Positions 11,901 to 24,873 of a stretch of 64,000 nt of DNA are shown here, one piece after another. The stretch covers positions 7,814,001 to 7,878,000 of the forward strand of contig CM119372.1 of NCBI GenBank assembly GCA_051294905.1. The letters are read 5' to 3'. The DNA is from Botryllus schlosseri (Eukaryota). The notes beneath the pieces are model-generated. The model ran no database searches. It saw nothing but the letters and a program-made list of their open reading frames with translations, and was not told the DNA's origin. A program made the translations under genes and the position numbers. Positions within the stretch are counted from its first letter, which is position 1. Each line of letters begins with the position of its first letter.

Positions 11901-14900
11901 CAAGAAAATGTTTGGGAGTGGCAATGTGACGTCATAGGTTCGTGTTCACTAAGAACCTTTCACAAAAGTCTGAAGCGTAAAACCTTTCAAGAATTCGCAG
12001 ATCCCAGTCAGATATACTTACTTGTATCAGCGCAATGTCATTTTCAAACGAGTAATGCGTGAACGATTCGTGAATTATGATATCACCGACGCTTTCTGTC
12101 TTTTCAAACCATTCAGTTTTGTAGATTTTGTTTTCTCCGAGGATAACGTAGTACGCCGAAGGCACCGCTGTGCTTCAAAATATAATGCAGAGAAAGATTT
12201 ACCAATCGCGCCACAACGATGATAGCAGATCCGTAAAATCAAAGTAATCAACCATTACAGTGACTACAATGTAAACAAAAATCGTGTATTCCGCCGATTT
12301 TCCCCCTAGCGTACACTTTCGGGTACCATATTTTACTTTCACACCCTTCCAATGGGTGAAAATGAGTATAATACACCAATTCTTATGGAAATGTATCCCA
12401 GGGCTGTAGTGGGTTCTGTGTTCGTTTACCACCACAAAAAATCTAACTAAATAGAATTCACTACACCCCCGAGATATATGTCCGTAATGATTGGTGTATT
12501 TGACTCATTTTCACCCATTGGAAGGGTGTGATAGCGATAGCGTTATTTCGCGATTCGCGATTTTCATGACAAATTCTCTCATAAAAGGAATTCACTGTTT
12601 TCAATTTTTCATATTCCTAAGTGTAAAATGACAGAAACTATTCGAGTAGTGGTGTAAAATTATATCCACTAGGCTGAATAAGTACTACAAGTAGGAAAAA
12701 ACTCCATAAGTACTTCGATACTGACCACCCGTCTATAATTGTATATCATGATTACAAAGGTAGAGTCGAAAGGATGAATTGAGACAGCATGATTACAGAT
12801 GATTCGTAGTTTTTTCAGGATAAAATTTCACCATTGAACTATATGCCTATAATTTTTGGTTCGTAAACTACTCGTACTCTGGTAAGCAGCTAGCGGCAGT
12901 AATGACCCAGTTATCTTCATAAAGTACACCTCCGCATATATGTTTGTCGTTGCTATGTTTGCGAATAGACACCATCCACGGAATAGCTCCTGGTTTTGCA
13001 TTTTTACCTAACAAATGAAAGAAATGTGTTTGTTAAGCAGACTGCATAGAGATAGGAAGTAGCCACAAAATGAGCAAGATTCACCATTGGCTATTCTTGC
13101 TTCGATTTGGTTCAATGTTTCTTGGCTGGCATTGAACTGCACCAAACGTTCCAATACGTCTTCGCTTGCGTTCCACTGCTGCAGCAACCCCGGATATTTT
13201 CTCGTAATATTCCATTGTTCGTAAAGGTACTGATATCCATGTGGGATTAACGATCTGCGACTTCTGAATACGGGGTTCGTGGAATCCAAAGCAAGGCTCT
13301 CTTCTATGTATGAAGCTGTTTGGTTGACATCTGACGGTAGCTGATCGAGTAAACTCACTTTTGGCACACCACACATTTCTGTCACAGAAAGCCCAAGTTT
13401 ACTGGTGTGATATTTAAATGATTCTAGCGCTATGATCGATGAACACTGATCAGTCATATCTGAGCTATACTGTAATTCCTCTGCCAAGTTATGTCATGAG
13501 CCGCTTTGGTTATAGCAAGGTTCACCGGGTCTATATACCAGCAGCGGAGTGCATTGGATGTGTATTCAAATCACTTACCGTCGCAGCTGGCAACATCACA
13601 TTGCTCCCATCGTATGGGAGCTAACAAATCGTTAGTGAAACACCAAGGACCGTTGATGTCCCCCGTCGGGTTTCTACAGTAGTTCTTGAAAAGCTTGCTG
13701 TCCGGGTAATTCTCCCTTTTGCTAAATACGCGAAAAACATTCATTCAGAACCGAATCACAATGATATTTACAGTAACATGAGCGTGTATTTCTCAGAGGT
13801 GGTCAGTAACGAAGTACTTCTACTTTTTGGAAGTACTCAAGTAGTTTTCCTCTACTTCTGATACTTACTCAAGTAGATCTGATTTCCTCTACTTCTGCTT
13901 CTACTTCATAATATTTTGTGATCTACTTACTTACTTTTCGCTATTTTCAGTTTGTCAAGTAGAAGTAGTTTATTCCCCCAATACGAAAGATAGCCTGGGG
14001 AATTTCGGAGCTGTTTTCGCGGAGTACCAACATTTAGTATTAATAAAAGTCAAGTAAAGACCGGAAATTTTGTTGCGCTTCGCGCACAGTAGTTATGGAG
14101 TGACAAATATGTTTTCACGAAAGTATCATTGAATTTTATTTAAGTACCGGATTGCTTGGATCCGCTCACATCGCATTGTCGCCCATATCAAATATTTCAT
14201 CACAGTAAATATGGCCCACCATAACGTTTGAAACTACCGTTTTACGATCTAGCAATTACCTATCATATCGTAATCTAGCAGCCCATTACGTGTCTTGCTA
14301 ATTTGGAAAATCCAGACATTTTGAACGCTACACCTGTTTTAGCAGATCACCTTTGAAGCTTTGTGGACAAAAGACATGTAATGCATTCTCCGCTTCTTAG
14401 AAGTGGTATTTGTATTTCACTTTCAATTCCGAGTATCATACATTGAGTTCTAATTACTTTCAGTTCTTTTTTTCTGCAGAACATACATGTTGAAGCATAA
14501 AAGTAAGTGTAGTATGCCTCTATTTTCCGAAAATAAAGCTACACTAAATATAACTTTTACGATCCACAATATTTGTTATTAACGTATACTAATCACGCAA
14601 ACTGATGAAACCGTATTCGATAAAACTTCTACGTATTGCTCTTCGCCTAAACTTGGGACCTTATAATATGGGGTAGGGCGCCATGCCATGATATTCTCTA
14701 AAACGGGGTATTCTAGTAAACAAAGGGTTAGTATCGCATTTTCATATCAATACTATTATTTGCACCCATGATGCGAAAGAATGCTTATTCTGTCGAAGAT
14801 TTATACCTCCCGGGATGCATCATTACGAATCAAGCTCTCTGCACCTTCCGCATAGCTCAATTCGCAGGCATTGACAGTCCATGCGAACGAATTATGACTG

Positions 14901-17900
14901 TTTTCAAAACTACTTACTTACTTGAGTAGATTTAAAGTCCATCAATTCTCCTTCTACTTCAAGTAGTTTTAGGTGGCTTGTTGAAGAAGTACTTCTACTC
15001 GTACTTGAGTAGATTTTTTCGTCGCTACTTCTACTTCTACTTGAGTAGCTTTCTTGACTACTTTGACCACCTCTGATTCTGTCATGCAAATGTTATGTTA
15101 GTAACATGACACAGTGACTTTGACTGCGCTTTGGTAAATTATAGGGAGATCGTCGTTGATTTACTAATTACACGGTTTTCTGCATTGCAAGTAAAATCCA
15201 CGAATTGGAACACATTTTTGAGTAATCACTCAACGCTACCGTTGCATTGTATACCTATTGTTGAACGAATCGCAACTTCAACGCCTGTCTGAGTATTATT
15301 AATACATGCTTTAAAGTTTAAACCATTCGTTCTCAAGTAGTCTGTCAACCCGCCCGCGGAACCCCAATTATTGGTTCCAATTTAGCTCGAGCTTGCATCT
15401 TTCTTGAAAACACATCTTCTGTGACATCTGTTTCAGCATGTGCATTGTGCACGTCAGAAGCAAGTCTTGAAGTGGGCTTATGGGGTCGTGTCCTGGAAAT
15501 CCGCGCCTTTCATTTGATACGAACAAGAGCCGAAAACCCACTTTCGCAAGGATTGAACATCTCATGTCTTGCCTAGTCAGTGACTGACAGTATCACATCC
15601 AAAAAGTTTTGCAAACATTGCTAGTTATACTCTGATTGATCTTTCTACTCCAAATTTTCATATTGTGCACAAACCCCACCAAACCATCTGTAAATACTAA
15701 ACAGTAATATGTTTGTGTCAATAAGCCTATTGACTAAATGGCTTAAATAGGTATTTAAAATGAGTTGCACCGTTGGGTATTCTATTTAAAGGGGTATTCT
15801 GCTGATGGAACCCTGAAGTTTTATCAGTTATGAAACAAAATGATATATGATCTGCCTTGGCTTAGAAAATTACGAATTAGTTTATCAATAATGTTGCAGA
15901 TTTAGGGGTTTCACGGACTCTCAGCTGAGAACCACTGCTTTAGACTTACAAAGTGTGAGTCGTAGGGAAATCATCTCTCCATTTTTGACACTCGTATCCA
16001 CTGCGCGTTTGAGATATCTTCCCGCGGTAGCTGTCTGGCTCACCGCTTTCGAGGCAAGGCTTTCCGTCTCCAGATGACAGCCATGTCCCGTGAGTATCCA
16101 GCGTGACACTTTGAGCTTGAACCAAATGGTAATAACTCCATTTTAAGCTTTGTTATGAGAAATTCAAATTGTTATCAAATTTGATCGACATGGCGTTAGC
16201 CTAGCACAGCTAGTTTAAATTGGGTTACCATATTTTGGAAATCTGAAAAGAGGACACTTTATCAAAATTTTCAGACTTGCAATACCGGAGGAAATTTTGT
16301 AAAAATGGGAAATTTTTCCCACTTTGTGGTCGGTTGACTAAAAAAAACGGTAAACTTTCCGGCTCAACTCCGAAATTACGGTTATTCTTTCACATTATCC
16401 GTTGGATGACTAAAAAAAGGTCTGCTTTCCGGCTTAGCTCCCGAAATAGCCGCTGGAGCGTTACTTCAGTGCTGGTTTACTGTATCTCAGTCGAATTTTG
16501 CCCTATATTTAACCAAAATTCTCAAAAAAAGAGGACAAAATCTCAAAAAAGAGGACATTTGGAGGTCTTGCGAGGACACTTTTAAAAATGTCAAAAAAGA
16601 GGACAAATCCTCTTATAAGAGGACGTGTGATAACCCTACTTTAAATCAGACTACAATGACATTACCCGCGTTATAATTGTGTTTTATATCAGTTGACTTC
16701 GACCATAACGAGAGTTGTGCAAAGCTACCCTTCTTGTCTGGCTGCCCTTCTTCTTCGCAGGTCAGGGCTACGCGATCTTATACATTTTCAGGGCAACACG
16801 AATTTGATCAATGTGCCAGGTTGAGATGCTAGGAATGATTTAGAGAAGGTACAGTAAGCCTACATACCCAAATCGCATTCTCGTAATTCACATTCCAGCG
16901 TTTCCAGCCACTTCCCCGTGCATCCTTCTACTCCTGGCAATCCAGCTCTACATTCTCTACGTCTATAAAGATGGAAATTGTATATACGCCACAACACACT
17001 CTATAGCAGGGGTCATCAACACGTGGCCCGCGAGGTCATAATTTGCGGTCCGCGATCTGATTTGAGATTTCGAAAGAACGCTAAATAAAGCATTTTTAAA
17101 TGCTGAAATTGATTTCAGTTTGAAAATATTGTTGTTACTGTTTCAAAATAAGCTATTATAATAATATAAAAGCTATTCTCCTGTTCCCAACACCACTATT
17201 CCTCACTAACTGAAACGGCTTCGTCGTCGGCAACAGCATTCATTCGAAGGGTAATCAGCTGACATGAATGGGTGATTGGGCAATGGGCATATTGTCTTGA
17301 CTTGCAATTGCTCACTGCCTAGACCAAGACGCTTTGACAACCAAGAGATAGTCGAGATAGTCTTTAAGCTATAGTACCGTGTCTCGCTAACCCCCCCCCC
17401 CCCAATATCGATTTCTTAGTCGCAGAAGAGCGTTGTTAGGAATCGTGCGCAGCTCATAGGTCAAAATATAATGAAATTGATGATCATGATATTTTTTCGG
17501 TTTGGCTTAACTTCTCGCTATATTACATTCTTGCGGCCGCGGCCTCAACAAAATTTAAAAAGTAGGCCACTACCCGTTTTGAGTTGGCGACCCCTGCTTT
17601 ACAGTCTACGCCAGTGCTTCTCAACCGGTGGGCCGTGCACTGAAATTTGGATGAAAAGTGGGTCGCGAACTGAAAAGGGTGAAGCGCTGGACTCTACGCA
17701 TTCGCGGTCATCGCGCGTGCGTGATGATATCCGCCGTTTGCTTCGACAATGTATTCGTTTTCATCATCTGAAATCTCACCTCGTGCGAACCCCTTCCCCA
17801 CATGACCTCGAACAGCTTGACCATGATCCCCACTTTCTCCATTTTGAGCATGATCCTTCTGAAATTTTGATAGAATCAGGTGCGACTAAAATCCTCTGAT

Positions 17901-18598
17901 TTTTTATCCTAATACAAAAATATTATAGTGAATGTCAGCTGCTAATTCCAAATCATTAAGGAAGCAAACGACATCATTCGATATTGAAATATTGCCTGAC
18001 ATGCCCTATCTCGAAAGGAAATGTATTAGCAGATACGCTACGTCATGACATAACCATGTACAATCAACTCATTCCGATTTCAAGGGAAATAAATCAGCAC
18101 TGTTCATATTGTTGTTGTTCACTGTATTACTATAACATAGGCTTACCATATTTTGGAAATCTAAAAAGAGGACACTTTTTCAGAAATTTAAGACTTGCAA
18201 AACCGGAGAAGAATTCTGAATTTTTAATTTTTCCCACTTTGTGATCGGTTGACTAAAAAAAAAAAGGTCATCTTCTCGCTCAGAGCTAAATCGCCGTTTT
18301 CACTCCGAAATACCCGCTGGAGCTTCATTTCTGTGCTAATTTGCGGCATATCACTCGCAATTTGCTCTGAATCTGACTTAAATTTTCAAAAAAGAGGACA
18401 AAATCTCAAAAAAGAGGACAAAAGGGCGTCCTCCGAGGACACTTTCAAAAAAGTGAAAAAAGAGGACAAATCCTCTTAAAAGAGGACGTATAACATTTGC
18501 GAGACGGATTGTGCTCCAAAATAATGTAGTAGCGCTATACAGAAATTACCTTTGAGGCAAAGCAAGACTATAAGAAGAGCCGAAACTTTACCCGACAT
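8950..18598 (-). CDS. Secreted TSP1-kringle-trypsin-like pseudoprotease (13 predicted exons)
   Basis: Phase-compatible GT-AG exons: 18550-18598 signal [16 protein letters not shown]; 17780-17858 and 16868-16962 TSP1 ([22 protein letters not shown]); 16666-16777 spacer; 15950-16115 and 13579-13721 kringle ([34 protein letters not shown]); 13085-13378 linker ending RIAN; 12878-13007 ([21 protein letters not shown]); ~12022-12173 (NDIALIQ); 11583-11688 (PICLP..AGWG); 11028-11161; 10014-10130 (KDEGGP); 8950-9018 (VSSFVDWI..stop). Confidence 0.88.
12338..12531. repeat. Palindromic MITE-like element with ~50-bp inverted arms, intronic
   Basis: cacacccttccaatgggtgaaaatgagt...acaccaat is reverse-complemented by attggtgt...actcattttcacccattggaagggtgtg. 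Confidence 0.7.
13794..15075. mobile_element. ~1.3-kb non-autonomous DNA transposon (agtag/ctact-rich subtermini), copy 1
   Basis: TIR cagaggtggtca / tgaccacctctg; colinear along its whole length with 19046-20322. It lies in the intron splitting the kringle. Confidence 0.85.
16221..16638. mobile_element. MITE family with tagggttaccata TIR and gaggac subterminal repeats
   Basis: gggttaccatattttggaaatctgaaaagaggacac ... gaggacgtgtgataacccta. Related copies at ~18138-18495, 29266-29865, 38619-39027, ~43530-44025 and ~48445-48483. Confidence 0.8.
17007..17596. mobile_element. hAT-like MITE
   Basis: TIR caggggtcatcaac / gttggcgacccctg; imperfect TSD ctctatag/ctttacag. Its right end matches the fragment at ~3628-3720. 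Confidence 0.75.
18138..18495. mobile_element. gaggac-family MITE copy in the first intron of the pseudoprotease gene
   Basis: taggcttaccatattttggaaatctaaaaagaggacac...gaggacgta; very similar to the reverse complement of 38619-39027. Confidence 0.75.
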
Positions 18599-19045
18599 AG
18601 TGAAGACGCCTAGTAATCCTCCAGGAGTCTTGCCAAAACGAATATGAGACCATATATCAATGTAAAGCCGCATACTGATAACGGAGACAAGATTCATGAC
18701 TTGATGACTAAATACTGTCCTAATTTATCAAGCCTTATGAATGTTCAATAGCTTGGCAGAACTCATTCAACATAATTTCATTTCCGGACAAAGATTTCTG
18801 ATTCAACGAGTTACGATGCCAATCACGTAGCCTAGATATCCATGAATGCTGTTTTACTCTCATGCATTTTTAGTCTCATTCTTGGCCTTTATATTGACAC
18901 TACTGCGGAAATTTAGTTGAGTCGAGGGCTTGCAATCATATACATTTATTCTTTATGGATAAATCTTGATGTATTATCTTTCACTGTTGTAGAACCACTG
19001 CGATCCATACTATAGAGTCGTTTATATTTCGGCCTCACTTGATTC

Positions 19046-20322
19046 CAGAGATGGTCAGTAACGAAGTACTTCTACTATTTTGGAGTACTCACGTAGTTTT
19101 CCTCTACTTCTAGTACTTACTCAAGTAGAACTAATTTTTTCTACTTCAACTTCTACTTCATAATATCTTGTGATCTACTTACCTACTTTTCGCTATTTTC
19201 AGTTTGTCAAGTAGAAGTAGTTTAATCCTCCAATCAGGAAGATAGCCTGTGGAATTTCGGGGCCGTTTTCACGGAGTATCTACAATTAATTTTCATGAAA
19301 GTTGAGTAAAGCCCAGAATTTTCGTCGCGCTCCGCGCACAGTGGATGTGGAGTGACCGACATGATTTCACGAAAGTATCGGGGAATATAATTTAGGCAGC
19401 GGGTTGCGTGGTTCCGTTCACACCGCATTGCAGCCCATATGAAAAATTTCATCACAGTATATATGGCCCATCATAACGTTTGAAACTGATGTTTCGTAAT
19501 CTAGCATTTACTTATCATATCGTAGTCTAGCAGTCCATGTCGTGTTCTAATCTGGAAAAGTGGGCCCTGAATTTTTTTAAAGCTTTATATCTGTATTTAG
19601 CATACAACCTTTGAAACGTTCTGGACTGAAGACATGAAATACATTCTCCGCTTTTAGAAGTAGTATTTTTATTTCACTTTCATTTCCCAGTATCATATTC
19701 TGAGTTCTAATTAGTATCAGTTCTTTTGCCAGGAGAATATACATGTTCAAGTATAAAAGCAAGTGTAGTAATGCCTTTAATTTCCGGAAATAAAGCTACA
19801 ATATGGCATTTTTACGATCCACCATATTTTTGTATTAACGTTTACTAATCGCGCAAAGTGTTTCCACTTCATCCAATACAACTTCTCCGTAATGCTCTTC
19901 GATTAAACTACGGGCCTTATAATATGGGGGAGGGTGCCATACATATCATGATATTTTCTAAAACGCGCTGTTCGAGTAAACAGAGGGTTAGTATCGCATT
20001 CCCATATCAATACTATCATTTTCATCCCATCATGCGGTCGAACGCATGCTGTCGAACATTGGATACCTGAGGTATGCATCAATATGAATCAAGCTCTGCA
20101 CCTTTCGCATAGCTCAATTTGCAGCTTGTGACGATCAATGCGAACGAATTACGATCGTTTTCACAACTACTTACTTATATTTGAGTATATTTAAAGTCAG
20201 TCAATTCCACTTCAAGTAGTTTTAGGTTGCTTATGGAAGAAGTACTTCTACTCATACTTGAGTAGATTTTTCTGTCGCTACTTCTACTTGAGTAGCTTTC
20301 TTGACTACTTTGGCCACCTCTG
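19046..20322. mobile_element. ~1.3-kb non-autonomous DNA transposon, copy 2
   Basis: TIR cagagatggtca / tggccacctctg; perfect TSD cttgattc (19038-19045, 20323-20330). Confidence 0.9.
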
Positions 20323-21449
20323 CTTGATTCCCATATTACGGACCCATATCATGAATGTATAATGCGTGACGCCTTTGCTCTTCCAACGTGCGATTAATCC
20401 AAAAATTTAATCGTTGCTTATCCTTATGTATCTCGTTTGCGCGAAAAATTATCGAGACGGCAGATTTTGTGCCGTTGGGACGGACCGTTCACACTTTCAT
20501 TTGTGTGCCTTGGAGTCGACTTTTATCAAAATACACCAGCCAAGGCTATGTCAACAAAAGGAGTTCGTGTACCATCTAAAATAGTACATTGAACGCTCTC
20601 ATATTCGAAACTTCATGCAGGTGACGTCATATTTGGTGATACGATTGTTGATATACAATGTTCTTTTCAATTCTTTACTAGTTGCTGACGATTACCCCAG
20701 ACGAGTGACAGCCGAAAATATTCTGATTCATTTCAATATGAATATACTACTCAATTGTAGTGAAAGCACATGTACGATTTGCGGTAAGGTCCGTTTACAG
20801 ATAGTATTTTATGCGTCGATTTGAACGAGAAACATAGAAACCGAGTGAATTTTACAGTGCAAATGTTCCAAATTGATCACTGGACGAATATTAGTATTTA
20901 TTATTAATAATAATTCATGAATTCATTTTATCATTATTAGTTTGTTTGTATATTTTAGCATGTACGTTGACGTAACGTATGCACCTGTGCAACAATCATG
21001 TTTGATGTATGATATGCAAGTACACGTGCGAGCTGGGTGTGTTCTGCATCAGACCGATGAAGTGTCATTAACGTCACTATGCTATGTAACTTGATGTCAT
21101 ACACTGCGCAGGATGAAACTAGGTTGGTATAATTATTGTCATTTTATGTAGAATTAGGCTGATGGTGACGTAGACAATTTTCTGTTACAAGATATCATAC
21201 ATTTAGTAATACTCTTGCATGCATTGCAATATTATCTTCGTTATAGCTTTATTGCAACGTCTATAAAGACGATCATTCAGCCCACAGTAACTGGAGATCT
21301 CTACGCCTCTAGTTGAGAATGCCGGCTTTGAGACGCCTATTCGAGACCTGACGTAACGTAATCCTTGTACTGCAGGCCTATACTTCTGACTAGCGGTCGA
21401 CCGATTATCGACCCCGCCGATTATCGAGGCCGATATTTGGAACTTTAGC

Positions 21450-23015
21450 TAGGGATGGTGTGAACTTGAGGTTCACGTTCGCGTTCTGTGTGTGAACCTC
21501 GGAAATTTACAGGTTCGCGTTCACAACAGAACCTTGGTGGTAGGTTCTGCACCGTGAACCTTTTTCATATATTACAATTATAACATTATAACATCTTTGG
21601 TTCAAATTTATTGCATTTCAACTGTGGGCCACTCTATGCATGGCGCTGGCAGCATTAAAAATCAACACTAAACGAGCATGCACCTTGACAATCTCAAAAG
21701 TTTTACTTGCTTTGTTACAAAAGTTTGCTCGAAATATCCAGCTTTCCGTTTGTGAATATTTAGTGACTCTCTGCTGTGAGCTTGACCCGCAATCACAAAA
21801 CATCACGAGCGAAATATGTAGTCAGCGAATGATGCTTATTCAACCAATCAATAAGATTGATATCGTTTTCTGATGTAAAAATTCGAGAAGGCGTACGGGG
21901 TCAATCATGAGTGACTCAATATCTTTACTACATCATTAAAACCAAATCCGTGCGATTGAGGGGTTGACTACAGCTGTATAACTTCTTAATGGGGTGATAT
22001 CGGTGGCAAGTATAGAAACCAATTATACATCCTGCTCAATATCAATGTAGCAAATAGAGGTCGACCGATATTGATTTCTACAGGCCGATACCGATACCGA
22101 TATATCAGCACACTCACAGGCCGATAACCGATATCATAGGCCGATATTATTATGGAAGGAGCAGAGAACAATTTCACCAAAAATATTATATATTAGGCAA
22201 GATGGCACTTGTTCATGCCACAGAAAGCTGAACAACAAACGACAAAGCTGATATTGAAAAGAATTATTGCCTAATGGTGCACATTCGTTGAAAATTGGGA
22301 TAACCCAAAAAACAAAACATGATACAGAATTGCAGGTCAGTAAAGAAAAGGTAGATTGTAATGCAGAAAGCATAGTTTCTCTGCATGCTCACCCAGTTAA
22401 ATTCTTCCTGCAAGGGTAAATCTGTCATATATCACCCTTTACTTCGTCGATTTCTTGAGATTCAGAAGACGGAGCATTGTATTTCCAATAGTTTTGAATC
22501 TTTTTTTTAATATAAAATATCGGCCGCAATATCGGCCTTCATAGGCCGATATCGATAATCGCGAAAGCTCGAAATATCGGCCTCGATAATCGGCCATTTC
22601 GATAATCGGTCGACCTCTAGTAGCAATACCCAGACGCCGAATACATTGCACGGTCTGGCCTAGACCGTTAAGGGGTAAGTGTATATTCCCTGATAAGTCC
22701 TTGTCGAAATCGTTGGCGAAGCGACGGAAGATAATAATTTTATGGGAGTATTATATCAATTGATTGCCCCAGTTGATACATTTAGCGACGTTTAAAACGC
22801 ATCAGCATTGTTGCATTATGTGACCCGAGTCGTCGCTAGGTATCCTGTACAACTGTACATTAATATAGGCTATCACTTCATTGAAAGAGAGGGTTGGAAT
22901 TAGCAATATTACGTCACGTGACGTCACGAGGTTCACGTTCGCGTTCACATAGAACCTTTCAAAAAGGTTCACGTTCACACGAACCTGAACCTTTCAGAGG
23001 TTCACACCATCCTTA
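21450..23015. mobile_element. MITE with gtgaac/gttcac repeats, nested in 21391-23791
   Basis: TIR tagggatggtgtgaac / gttcacaccatcctta; a related inverted copy without the inner insertion lies at ~30215-31033. Confidence 0.8.
22055..22619. mobile_element. ccgata-family MITE (innermost), inverted relative to the outer copy of the same family
   Basis: TIR tagaggtcgaccgat / atcggtcgacctcta; TSD gtagcaaa/gtagcaat; empty site visible at ~30471 (attgctac). Confidence 0.88.
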
Positions 23016-23196
23016 AACTTTACCGATATCCCGGCCGATATTGTTTATCAAAAAAAGTTCAGAAATATTGGAAATCTCAAGAAATCGACGACGCGAAAGG
23101 GCGATACCTGACAGATTTACGCTTGCAGGACAAGTGTAACTGGGTGATTATGCAGAGAAACTGTGTTTCCAGCATTACAGTTTCATTCTACTAGAC

Positions 23197-23493
23197 CAGT
23201 GGTTCTCAACCTTTTTTTAGACACGCCCCCTTTACGATAGTGAAAAATTTCGCGCCCCCCTTATCGTCATATCACAAAATCCAACCAGGATGCAAGCAAC
23301 CCCAACAGATTGTTTGATGGCATGGAAGGTTATGACTGTTGAAGAGAGTATTCGAAAACATGAAATTCGGTCTATATATGAAGAAACACGCGTGAATTGG
23401 GGGTAAATCGGGCACATCGCGAAAAATAATCAGTTGACCGCTTTTTCGCGCCCCCTTCAGATGCTTTCACGCCCCCCAGGTTGAGAACCACTG
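23197..23493. mobile_element. ~300-bp hAT-like MITE (cagtggtt TIR)
   Basis: TIR cagtggttctcaacc / ggttgagaaccactg; TSD tactagac/tactaaac; inverted homolog at 35072-35389. Confidence 0.85.
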
Positions 23494-23799
23494 TACTAAA
23501 CTGATCTGCAATTCCGTATCACGTTTTGCCTTTTCGCTTAGCCCAAATTTAAATGGACATGCGCAATTCACTAATAATTCTTTTTAATTTCAGTTTTCTC
23601 GTTTATTGTTCGCAGCTTTCTGTGGCATGTAGGCTACAGTACAAGAGTCATCTTGCCTAATATAGAATATTTTATGGCGAATTGGCTATGCTTCTTCCAT
23701 ATTAATATCGGCCTATGTTATCGGTTATCGGCCTTGTGAGTGTGTCGATAATCGGTATCGGCTTACAAAAATCAATATCGGTCAACCTCTACTTCTGAC

Positions 23800-24200
23800 A
23801 CTATTCAGTTCAATTTATTAGCAATTTTTATCAGTTCAATACACCACAAAAATGCGATTCAATGAACAGATAGGGAGGTGTCGAAACGACTTGGATTAGT
23901 CTTTGGAATCAGACACCAACCTTGGGCTAGGCGACGTAAAGAGGAGGCAAGCAAAATTGCACATGCACACTGAATGAAAAGTAAAAGATAGTAGGTCTAC
24001 AACAAAAAGCAAGCGACAAAAATGGGGTGGCATGTCACGGGAGGCGAGATCGATAGGTCAGGTCGTGGCCAGGTAATCTTGATAGCGGACTAGTATATAT
24101 TTATAAGAAATTGCTTGTATTTCGACTTGGAAGTGGAAATGCTCGTCGACTGTCGGATGGGCTGCGGGCTACTGCTCCACACGTCAGGTCCAGCATATTT
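23800..24200 (-). mobile_element. 3'-tail fragment of the LINE family at 5057-7060
   Basis: Shares gatagg-aggtgtcgaaacgacttgga-tagtc...atcagacacc...ctaggcg...gaaattgcttgtatttcgactt with 5130-5345. Confidence 0.8.
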
Positions 24201-24699
24201 GATACAGCGATGATCTTTTCGCTAAATCATATGATATTTGGACAACTATTATTGGGTCGATACGTTCAGCATTCGCATTTGAAACGCCCCGCATAACCTG
24301 CTATTGATATTTCTACTGCTGCACGTCGCCAATACGCGCATTCTTCGTTGATTCAAATTTCCATACTGTCCAAATAGCCTAGCATACGTACTAACCTACA
24401 TGAAAACGCACATAGACATGACCAGGGGACACGGGCGTCTTGAACATTGTGACACAATCTGTTTGTTTATTGAACAGTATTTGGCACTTATCGCCTATTT
24501 GGTCATTTGTGCCCAGAACATGAATGTTGTAAAGTTCGTTGGTCTTTTTCACTTATTGTATGCTTCGGCTTCCAGTCTCGCACGCATTCACCATCTTTCC
24601 ACTCTCTCTTCCGTGCGTCCACTTCAGTATCTGTTGCTGTCGGTTTTTCAAAGCTCGACTTCACTTTATCCGTCTGGGCTTCTCGTATGACAGTGCTTA

Positions 24700-24873
24700 A
24701 GCAGTGAGGTCGGCGATGAGGAGCCCAGATAAACCCCTGACTCATAGAAACATAGCAGAGCCGAGACTCGAACCAGCAACCATTGGTGTCGTGACTGCAG
24801 TGTTTTAACCAGGGATATCTAGAACAAGTTCTAGATATCCCTGGTTTTAACCAACTGCGCAACTCGCTTCCCC
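24700..24873 (-). mobile_element. tRNA-derived SINE head interrupted by a 34-bp palindromic insertion
   Basis: Reverse strand shows an A-box-like ttgcgcagttgg and B-box ggttcgagtct; resembles the SINE at 29431. The 3' extent is uncertain. Confidence 0.65.
24810..24843. mobile_element. 34-bp TIR-only element
   Basis: cagggatatctagaac-aa-gttctagatatccctg: perfect 16-bp arms with perfect TSD gttttaac (24802-24809, 24844-24851). Confidence 0.8.

Larger units (their letters stand above)
21391..23791. mobile_element. MITE with ccgata/tatcgg repeats (outer member of a nest)
   Basis: TIR tagcggtcgaccga / tcggtcaacctcta; perfect TSD cttctgac (21383-21390, 23792-23799). Confidence 0.85.

Noticed and set aside
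12199..12235. Possible extra mini-exon (DLLSSLWRD) in the pseudoprotease
   Set aside because: No AG acceptor; flanking exons join in phase without it, as in the paralog.
15350..15430. Exon-like open frame within the kringle intron
   Set aside because: Its phase is incompatible and it would split the kringle.
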